A stretch of 58,907 nucleotides of DNA, the filler included, from Sluysia triapertura (Eukaryota), in the NCBI GenBank assembly GCA_046118255.1. It is 4 parts of 4 records of this genome, joined end to end, with 100 filler letters (N's around TTAATTAATTAA, not from the genome) between each part and the next. Parts side by side here need not be neighbours in the genome. Positions count along the whole stretch, not along the records: positions 33,916 to 44,859 come from JBJNIA010191118.1; positions 44,960 to 58,907 come from JBJNIA010013424.1; 2 more parts are not named here. The stretch is one strand, 5' to 3'. Positions 38,946 through 49,030 of the stretch are shown here, piece by piece; position 1 is the stretch's first letter; each line of letters starts with the position of its first letter. The notes under the pieces were generated by a model. That model saw nothing but the letters and a program-made list of their open reading frames with translations, did not search any database and was not told where the DNA came from. Position numbers and translations under genes: made by a program.

Positions 38946-39082
38946 TTGGGTTGAAAAGTTACCGTTATTAAACTAATATAATTTGAGATAATTTAAATTT
39001 ATTTTGATAAGTATTGAAAATACTGGGATTCCGTTTAAGCTATTACTGACTTATTGTAATCGGTTAATTCAAAGACGCAACA
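38946..39082 (-). repeat. Right arm of the 136-bp inverted repeat; minus strand begins TGTTGCGTCTTTG
   Basis: Reverse complement matches 32369-32504 at ~94%. Confidence 0.95.
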
Positions 39083-40133
39083 TATATTCTAAACACATAA
39101 ATAATCAAAATTGTTACGAAATTATTGCAACACTAAATAAATAAGATGAAAAGAATAAGAAAATTAATCAGACTAATTTTAAAATTAAAATATCAAGGGT
39201 CTTTAATATTTTATTTTAATAATATAAATTTAAATATATTTTAAGCCTCAACATATCGGGGAACTAAAATATATTTTAAAATGAGTATATGTAGATTTTA
39301 GAATGCTAATTTTTTTACGATTAGTATCACTTTAATAAAAATATGGAAGAATCAGGTTCTAATCGAGATAATGCCGAAAATATAGTAACACGTTTGACCT
39401 GGAACAAAATTACCAAACGTTGAAATAGTAGCCGGTAAGGAAAGTGATGATTGAATCCAAAAAAGGGAGATGAAAAATGGCTGACAGAAATAATTGTTAA
39501 AATCCAAGATGGCGAATACAAAATGGTGGTTATTAATGAATTGATGCTAGTTTATATATTAGTCATAAGCCAATAAAAATTGATGGAATGTTCCAGAAAC
39601 TTCTATTTTATTTTTAGAAACGAATTTTATTTTTTTGAAATTAAATTTCTTTTTTGAAAAATCAGTTTTTTTTATATGATTTTAAAGATTGTGATGATAT
39701 TTTTAAATGATTTATAGGGTTGCGATAGCAATATAAATGTTCAGTAAAAAGGAAAGAGTCAATAGAAAGTTGTAGCTCAATTAAAAATAGAAAATAGTAG
39801 GCAGATAAAATTACTTAAAGAAAATTGGATATCTGAAATGAAACATTTATTTGAAGAATTATTTTATACTTATTTACTGTTGAATAATTAATGAAAATTT
39901 ACATTTTATTTATATTAAAAAGATGTGAAGACTAAAACGTACATGCAATGATCGAGCTTGGATTCTCGATCATATTTATAAGTTCGTATTAAATTATTAA
40001 AATATTTACTGGAACCAAATTTTACTATCTTAATATTTGAATGTAATATTTATGTAATTATTATTAATTAAATAATTGTTATTAATATTATGTTTACAAT
40101 AATCAGTAATATATAAATTAACTTTTTAAATAG

Positions 40134-40361
40134 AATCCGAAAAAAATCGATACTAATGGATTTGATTTGGTCGACTCTCATTTTAATTTGGTTTCATCGA
40201 CTGAATGTGAAATGTTGGCTCGAGTTAGTGATGCATCTGAAACATTGGCTGTGATGAAAACTCGAACTACAATTATGATTTGTCATTGGTCGCAACCAGG
40301 TTCTGATCCGGTGGATTTAATGACAAATATGAAGAAATATTTGGAAGAACAAGGGTTTTAA
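40134..40361 (+). CDS. Profilin-like protein, terminal exon (5' exon(s) not found)
   Basis: Acceptor tttttaaatAG ends at 40133. Peptide NPKKIDTNGFDLVDSHFNLVSSTECEMLARVSDASETLAVMKTRTTIMICHWSQPGSDPVDLMTNMKKYLEEQGF* fits the C-terminal two-thirds of profilin: NG-hydrophobic strand, KT..hydrophobic strand and the YL..QGF terminus. AATAAA at 40503-40508. Confidence 0.62.
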   Translation, partial: NPKKIDTNGFDLVDSHFNLVSSTECEMLARVSDASETLAVMKTRTTIMICHWSQPGSDPVDLMTNMKKYLEEQGF

Positions 40362-41657
40362 ACATTATGAATTTACTTTTACTTTTATCTTTACTGTGAA
40401 AGTTTTTATCTATTTAAATCAAAAGTTTTAATTCATAATTTATTTTTATTTAATTTTATTATTTAATTAATTTGATATTGTCCGTTACCTTAAAATTACT
40501 TGAATAAAATATTGCAAAAAATATGCATCTATTATCTTCTAGTTATGAGTCATCAATAAGAAGATATGTAATTTTTTGTTTTTTGCGGAATGTTTTGTAA
40601 AGCAGCTAAAAAATGAAAATTAAATTAAATTCGACATTTGATTATTCCGATCATCTACAAAATACAACAAACTTGTAGATATTAGAAAAATATCAACGAG
40701 ACAATTTAGTACAGTAAATGTAGTAGACCTCATTAAGATTATATCCAAGAAGTCAGATTTACAATCATAAACTAGCAAATGTTTTATAAGTTTGTTTTTA
40801 ACTTCAACTTTAATTTCCTTTTTTTAAAATTAACAAAAATTATGCACCCAAGGGAACAGTTATCTATGTAACAAACAAGGTTCCGGTTTTGGTTGGTGTG
40901 GGGTTGAAATCAACATGTGTTGTTGTAGATTGATTTATATAATTAAAATAATAAATTCAACATCAACATTAAAAATATTTTCAATAATGTCAATCATTAA
41001 ATATCTTATTAAATTATTAATATTTATGACACATATTGCACACATATATAGTCAATCAATTTTTTTAAAAATCTTCTGAGTTGTATTAAATTCATAATAT
41101 TCTATGTAATGTTTGTTAGCCTTTTTCTATATTTATGTAGATAAGTTCTGATAAAGTATGTAATAAAACTATATGATTTGTAAGAACAGCTAAGGTTTAT
41201 TTCAACCTAAATAACGATTGATTTTACGATTAATAACGAATTTATTTCGATTCCAATCTAAGCTTAATTTGACTTACTTGTTTTACAAAATGAAAGTCAA
41301 TATTAGGGTCTACCTAGTTAGTAACTAACTATGACTCTGTGCTACATGTTCATAGGATTTTTCTTTTATTGTAAGTTGGAAGATCGCTTTGATTGCTAAT
41401 TCTAAACTATTATTATTTATATTGTGAAACTTTATCACAAGATCAAAAAATAAAATAATATTTTAAATTCGTTATATTAGACGAACAAATAAAACTTTTA
41501 CAGAAATCAAACAGTTAATAGTGATATAAATAATAAAAATACTGTGTTATTGTATTAAGAGAAAATGACTTAAATTGTTCAATTTTAAATAGTTTTAAAT
41601 AATTTTAAAGTGTTATTTCAACATTTTAAATTAGTTTATAGGGTTCTGATGACAACC

Positions 41658-41658
<1 letters not shown>

Positions 41659-41730
<72 letters not shown>
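41659..41730. repeat. (AAT)n microsatellite
   Basis: Near-perfect AAT run. Similar runs at 42831-42907, 46109-46148 and 54366-54419. Confidence 0.95.
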
Positions 41731-41741
<11 letters not shown>

Positions 41742-41844
41742 ACCAGCAATTGCAGTATAACACCTATAATTAATTTAATTCATTCATGAATGAACTTAGT
41801 GTTATAGTTTGTTTCTACCTATTCTTAAACGGAAATTTATGTTT

Positions 41845-42829
41845 TATGTTGGGATTGTCCAGTTAGTGTATAAGAAATAGGTTAAAAGGTAAGAGAATTT
41901 AAAATTTAAAATAAAGTGATATAATATAAACCTAATTAAATATTTCCAGAGCAACAGTAATGAACAGTAATCATTTTGAAACTGAAGAATACCTTGGAGT
42001 TCCAAAGACCTTCGTAGGGTATTGAGATCCTTGTGAAGACTTATGTAAGGTTTGAAAAGATGTCTCGAGTTATGAAGATACCTTTGAACTTCTGAATCTT
42101 GGGATCATTTGAGACCTTGTCGATCTTTTGGAATCTATGACGACGTTTGAGAACTTAATAAATTTTCGAGACATTAATAAACATCTGAGACCTTCGAGTA
42201 ACCTTGTAAAATGTTTGGAACCTTAGAAATGTTCAAGAATTAAAATCATGATTAATAATATTAAAAATAATTTAATACATTAATAATTGAAATAAAAAAG
42301 TAGAAAAATGAATCGGAGTGATGAATGTGAAAAGATCTAGAGTCTTCTGAGTACCTTATAAAGTATTTAACAACTTTATAATCATAATACAACCTTTAAA
42401 CTTAGAATAAAATAAGATAAAATAATTAATTAAGAAAAATTACGTTTGTGTGAATAACTTTGGAATAAGGAATGCTGTGTTACAACTGTAATTGTGTATG
42501 TTTGTTTTTAAATAGATCTTCTGATGAAGATAAGATTTGACCCTGTTCATGCGATGAAAGCCTCAATGTTGAGTAAAGTCGAATTTTAATTAATTTTTAA
42601 TTAAAAAATGCCGAAATTTTCATATTTAAAATGATAAAAAGATGATGAATTAGATATAAAGTGATTGCTATGAAGTAGAAGAATCCAAAAATGAGGTTGA
42701 AATGTTTGTAAAATGCTTTGTTTGCGAAAAAGAACCTTACGCATTTTCCATTAAAAAACTGAATGTGATGAACTGAAAATTAATTAAACTGTAAAAGCCA
42801 AAATTAAATTCATTATTTTAAAGTATGTA

Positions 42830-42907
<78 letters not shown>

Positions 42908-43130
42908 CGTTTTTTATTTAAGAAGTGATTCTTGAAAAAATAGATCGAGTAGAGTAGAAGAAAAAAAATGACATGATTGTTAATCGAATTGCTTTGTTTT
43001 GCTTGACAGGTCGTTTTAGTCGGTTTAATATTTAAAAGATGTTTTGATGATTTGTGTAACATCAATTCCTGATTGAGTTTGAAAGTGATTGGTCGATATA
43101 GATATATAAAAGCGAATACTTAAAAATTTT
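41845..43130 (+). repeat. Diverged direct duplicate of ~37205-38370, with an (AAT)n expansion at 42831-42907
   Basis: Same collinear blocks as the partner copy. Confidence 0.8.
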
Positions 43131-44859
43131 CAATACAATCAATCAAAGCATATAGTGATGATGAAAAAAGAAAACCCATGATTATGGTAATGTTTTTAAA
43201 TATTTTTATTTTATTATCTTAATCATTAATAAGATTCTATTAAGTAGATAAAGTTTGGTGAAATATTCAGTTAATCCTTATCACTCAAATTATTTTTAAG
43301 TTATCGCCGAATAAATCATAATTTTTTGGAAGGCTGCCTGCCCGAATTCTTTTGAAATATTTTGAAATTATAAATTTAATTTCAATTTTAATTTTTGTTA
43401 AATAATTAAATAGTTTTATTTTGGGAGACTCCTTATCTGGATTAGTTGTAATCTTTCTGCTAAGGCTGTTCGAAAATATATAATAATTATTATTGTTTTT
43501 AACTTTTTAGTTATTGATATTTTCTTTATAAAGTGTACTTTGAATGTATTATTGCATGCTTAATATCGCTAATAAACAGAATTATTGCTGACTTTTGATT
43601 ATAGTTATTTTACTCATTCTTGTATTTGATTTTTGTAGTTATTAGAGTATTGAATTGTTACTTTACGATGATCGTAGTAATACAATATATTTAAAGATAT
43701 AATTAACGTATCTTTATCAAATTCACAGTAATAAAACCTAATAATTACTTCTTTACAAACATCATTTTTCATGGAAATTGCAGTACACGTAACTGAAGCT
43801 ATAACTTTTACTTCTTCCTGAAATTGCGCATAACACACTGTTAATTTCTTTTCAAAACTAAATTTTGTTCCTCGTTATTTGATTTATAATCTACTGCATT
43901 ACTATTGCAAAACAAATTGAATTTTTGGAGAATTGTTGTCACAAATGTTATATTAGTCAATTATCCACATAAACTCTAATAATGTTCACTACGTTGATTT
44001 TTGCGAAAATATGGGACATTAGAAATTGTATGGTTGACATGAAACAGAATACATAAATAAATATATTAATCGTAGACATGGACTTTATTAAAATAACGAC
44101 TCCCTGATCAGATTTATTCAAGATTGGAATAACAAATATGTATTTCGACAATGATTGAGAGATAATCCATATAATTATTAAAGTAAGAGCTAGTAACATT
44201 TTTGCCATTGCTTATTTTATCATTTATTTTATTTATTTCCAAAATGTGATGTCTAGTGACGTATACTTCACCAATTAGCACATGTTTTAAAACATTTTCT
44301 TATAATGCATAATTTTACATTAATTGTGAAACGAGCATTTTGAAATATTATTTTTTATTTATTGAATTAAACATTTAAACTATCTAAATCACAACATGAA
44401 TTACCATAATTTAAAATTAAGAAAAAATATAAAAAATATTATGCTTATATTTTTGAAAGGCAAAGTCTCTCTTTTAACGACGCTATTTGTGTAATGACAG
44501 TGATGAAAATTATTCATTTATGGTATAAACTTATACAATTCGCGAATTTTCTCATACATAAAGATTTCATTGACGATAAAATGATTCATAGAGCTAAAAT
44601 TGTTTTTATTATCAAATAGCAAATTTTGATTAATAAATATTCAAAAGTAATAATAATAAATTATTGAATTATTTAAGTATGATATAAAATAAGATTTTTC
44701 CGTTGTTTAAAATACTGACCTTAATAATAATATATTAATTTGCTGGGTTCTTTTTTAACCTAAAAGCTTACCTACAGCAAAAATAACTAATATTTATGAG
44801 TCCGTTTACAGTATACGACTTATCTGTGGCGTACCTGTAAAATCACTTAAAGTAATTAT

Positions 44860-44959
44860 NNNNNNNNNNNNNNNNNNNNNNNNNNNNNNNNNNNNNNNNN
44901 NNNTTAATTAATTAANNNNNNNNNNNNNNNNNNNNNNNNNNNNNNNNNNNNNNNNNNNN
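44860..44959. other. Artificial contig linker N44-TTAATTAATTAA-N44
   Basis: Identical to the linker at 10791-10890. Confidence 0.97.
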
Positions 44960-45057
44960 TAGTAGTAGTAGTAAGTATCACTAGAAGTACTAGAAATAGT
45001 ACCAGTAGAAGTTGAGGTGGTAATTTCCACACTAAACATCGAATGTTTCTATTTTAG

Positions 45058-46109
45058 AGACATTTTGCCGTGTTTGCCATGTGTTTCCCTGGTGAAGAAG
45101 CTCTAGAAGCAATCTACGCAACAATTCTCCAGCAGCACTTAAATTCTGGTGAGGAAGGATCGCAAAATCAATTCCCAGGAGAAATAAGAAAGGCGTATGT
45201 TTCCCAAGAACTTATTCAGTGTGCTCTTAATACACATCATCGTGTGACAACGACATTTCTACCCACAGCAGTCAAGTTTCACTACATCTTCAATTTGAGA
45301 GATCTCAGTAACATATTTCAGGTTAAACTTTTAAATTTAATTTAATTTAGGATGCAAACTTAGTCTTACATTTTGAATATTTTGTGGATTTTCGTCTTTC
45401 CTCACTGTTTTCAGTTTTATTTGTCGAATAATGAGCACTTCTTTAATAATGAGTGATATTTTCACAAAAAAGGATAGAAATAATTTTAAGGATATGGTCC
45501 TATTATATACTTTTTAAACAATATTATCTGCCTGTTAAATTTGTCAAGGTAATCTTTTGTTCTTCAGGGCATTCTTTTTTCCACTCAAGACTGTGTTCGA
45601 AACAAGCCTCAGTTGGCGAGACTGTGGTTGCACGAGGCAGAACGTGTTTACCGAGACAAATTGATCAATGAAGAAGACCTTGATAAATATAATCAATTAA
45701 TTAAAGAAGTAGTCAAAAAGTATTTGGCAGATTGGCTGAGTGGAAGTGGAGAAGAAGAAGTGTGGCGACAGCCATTACTATACTGTCATTTCGCCCGACA
45801 CATTGGCGATGACAAATACATGCCTGTCGAATCTCAAGTCGCAATACGAAATATATTGACAGAAGCATTAGATACATACAACGAAACGAATGCAGCCATG
45901 AACTTGGTGCTTTTTCAAGATGCTATAGAACATATACTGCGCATAAGTCGTATTCTGGAGTCACCAAGAGGTAATGCTCTTCTCATCGGGGTTGGAGGAA
46001 GTGGGAAGCAATCTTTGTCGCGATTGGCTGCTTATTTAAGTTCATTAGATGTATTCCAGGTTAGTTTTCTATGACAACTTTATTAAATGTTCATAAAGAA
46101 TAAATATAA

Positions 46110-46149
<40 letters not shown>

Positions 46150-48525
46150 CAGGAACATAAATTTTCTTATTTTTTTGAATTGGCTGATGCGAGTTTTTCA
46201 TAATTAGCACCTTTTGCTCTTCCAATTAGTACTACTTTACAAAGTCGAAAAAATATTCGACTGCAGAAATCCGCAGAAATTGCACTTTGAAGGTTGAAGA
46301 AGTAACGTCAAATGAGAAGAATATAATATGAAAATAACGAAGAAAGGATCAAGGAGAGATGAAACTGTTGAGATAATTTGAGGAATTTAAATCTTCGATG
46401 AGATAATTTTTACAAGTACTTTGTTTATATCGGAAGTAGTATATTGACGATCGATATACAGTGTGCCATCTGATAATTGTAAACCCACTCGAGTCAAAAT
46501 AATTCGTGCTTTCTTAGTCATTTAATTTTCCTATATCAGGTAACTCTAAGAAAAGGCTATGGAATTGTGGATTTGAAACAGGATATAGCTCAACTGTACA
46601 TCAAGACAGGCCAGAAAAATATAGGAACTGTATTTCTATTGACCGACGCTCAAATAGCGGATGAGAAATTCTTGGTACTCGTTAACGATTTGCTTGCCAG
46701 TGGAGAAATAACTGATCTGTTTGCAGATGACGAATTGGAAAATATCTGCAATTCCATGAAGAATGAAGTCAAAGGTCTGGGAATGGCCGATACAAAAGAA
46801 AACTGTTGGCGTCTGTTCATAGATCGTGTAAGAGCTACTCTGAAGGTTATTTAATTTTTATATTAATTACTTACAAAATAAGTAGCTTATTTTTAAATAA
46901 AAATGTCAATATTATTTTCATCAGGTAGTACTTTGCTTTTCTCCAGTCGGTTTGACTCTTCGAATACGTGCTCGAAAATTTCCAGCTCTTGTTAACTGCA
47001 CCAATATAGACTGGTTTCACGAATGGCCCGAGCAAGCTCTTGTGTCGGTATCAAGAAGATTTCTGCAAGATTTTGAATTATTAGATGTTAGTTTTAAATA
47101 GCAGAATAAACAAACTACTTGACATTGATGAGTAACTCAGTGATTTATTGGATGGGCATTTTCAAACATTTACTCACTATTTCACTTGCATTTTAATTGT
47201 TCATATTGATGAAATATCGACATCTAAAAATACATGTTTACACATTTTTAGATTCCATTCCGGAAACAGATGATTTCGTAACATATTAGCATTTCATAAT
47301 GTGTGAGTTATTTTATTGCGCAATCGCCGCAATTTATTATTACACGATTGAAACATTATTATTACAGGGTTTGCGCGCCTTTTTCAAATTTATCAATCTT
47401 ATTTCAACTTTGCCATATTTCATTGCAAAAAGAATAATTAAGTTTTACAAAATTTAAATTTAAGTTTTAAATTAACAATAAAAGAAATAAGTTAATAAGG
47501 GTTGACAAATTGAAATAAGGACGGAAATCCTGTAAAATAAATTTCAATAATTAAAACAAACTACAACTACATTGATATTGCGGAATTATCATCCTTGTTT
47601 AAGTAAATACTTTCAGCATTTATAATTGTTAATTTTTGTATTTATTTACCAAAGGAATCCATCAAAGATTCTGTTGCAGAATTTTTGGCATTCGTTCAGA
47701 AATCGGTGAACGAAATTAGTAAAACTTATCTCCACAACGACAGGCGCTACAACTACACAACACCCAAATCTTTCCTGGAGCAAATAGCACTTTATGAGAA
47801 ACTGCTGAAAGTAAAGAATGAAGAATTGTTGGCCAATATTGCGCGATTAGAGAATGGCCTTCAGAAATTGGAATCGACATCAGAACAAGTCGACGGGCTA
47901 AAAGCAAAGTTGGCTCTTCAAAATGTGGAAGTGGAACAGAGAAAGAAAGATGCTGGTGAGTTGCTGGAGACGCTAAGTAAAGATCAAGCCCGGGTACAAA
48001 GTGAGAAAGAAGTGGCAGATGAAGAAGATTCCAAGGTAACCAAGATTCAACATGTAGTTAATCGGAAGAATAAAGAGTGTGCTGCCGATTTGGAAAAAGC
48101 ATTACCGGCACTTCATGCTGCTCAAGAAGCGCTCAATACTTTGAACAAAGTATGTTTAAAATGCAAAACAAATGGTTGGAATAACATCAAATTAAAAATT
48201 ATTATTTGCAGGATAATCTAACAGAAATGAAATCCTTTCCACAGCCTCCTCCAATTGTTGTCACTGTCATGGGAGCAGTCATGTGTCTTATGGCTCCCGG
48301 TGGGAAACTACCTCGAGATAGAGGTTGGAAGGCAGCTAAAACTTTCATGGGTAAAGTAGACACATTCTTAGAAGCTTTAATCAAATATGACAAGGATAAT
48401 ATATCTGAAATATGTTTGAAAGCAACCCGAGAATACTTAGTGAAACCAGGATTCGATGCTGATAACGTTCGCACAAAATCCGCTGCAGCTGCAGGCTTGT
48501 GTTCCTGGGTTATCAATATTATCAA
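45058..48525 (+). CDS. Axonemal outer-arm dynein heavy chain (beta type, DNAH9/11/17 group), six internal exons from the end of AAA3 through AAA4 to the stalk/MTBD
   Basis: Exons 45058-45321, 45568-46059, 46540-46845, 46925-47086, 47655-48149, 48212-48525, all GT-AG and in frame. Motifs: [58 protein letters not shown] (AAA4 P-loop), [43 protein letters not shown]. Confidence 0.96.
47365..47532. mobile_element. Tc1/mariner-type MITE in a dynein intron
   Basis: TA-flanked, with ~39-bp imperfect TIRs: CAGGGTTTGCGCGCCTTTTTCAAATTTATCAATCTTATT versus reverse complement CAGGATTTCCGTCCTTATTTCAATTTGTCAACCCTTATT. Confidence 0.7.
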
Positions 48526-48703
48526 GTACGTTTATCCATTAAGAAATTATCGATAACACTTAAACTGACGCAATTATCAATAATAATAAAATTTTATTTT
48601 AAACAGTTTTGTGAAAATGAAACAAATTCTACAGAAACAATTTCTTCAATAATAGATTAATAGTGTAAGAAATAATTTGCTGTCCTGGTCTTTGTTACAT
48701 CAG

Positions 48704-49030
48704 GAATAGAATTCAAAGTCATGACAATAATTTACAAATGCGCTTACATTACGGAAGTCACGAATATCTCTTAGAAATAATAAAATATTTGGAAACCAAG
48801 ATGAACAATATTATATATACAGAATCCATAGTGATAATAAGAACTAGATGATAGGTTGTATACTGTTTATGTTTCAAAAATATACAACCAATACTACCAG
48901 AGAATGTCAAATTACTGGAAGATTATGAAATATTTAAGAAAAAGAAAAGTTCTTTCTGTTTCAAAAATATTGTAGTAAATATTGCAGTACTTATTTTGCA
49001 GTAGGTCTAACAAATGTAATAATATAATAA
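48704..49030 (+). mobile_element. L2/CR1-clade LINE 3' fragment downstream of the last visible dynein exon
   Basis: Same family (GAATAGAATTCAAAGTCATGACAATAATTTACAAATGC; TACTACCAGAGAATGTCAAATTACTGGAAGATTATGAAAT). 3' boundary approximate. Confidence 0.85.

Noticed and set aside
39343-39580. MEESG...LTWNKITKR as the first exon of the profilin
   Set aside because: The frame stops before a usable donor and lacks other profilin N-terminal features.
42784-43065. Poly-Leu ORF, and poly-Ile/Met ORFs at 55380-55803 and 19081-19336
   Set aside because: Translations of AAT/GAT microsatellites or alternative frames of N/D-rich sequence.
5519-48525. ORF-track entries overlapping real exons (5519-5785, 21540-21779, 24212-24424, 26297-26488, 27189-27449, 27899-28123, 47716-47907, 48202-48525)
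   Set aside because: Antisense or off-frame shadows of the identified exons.
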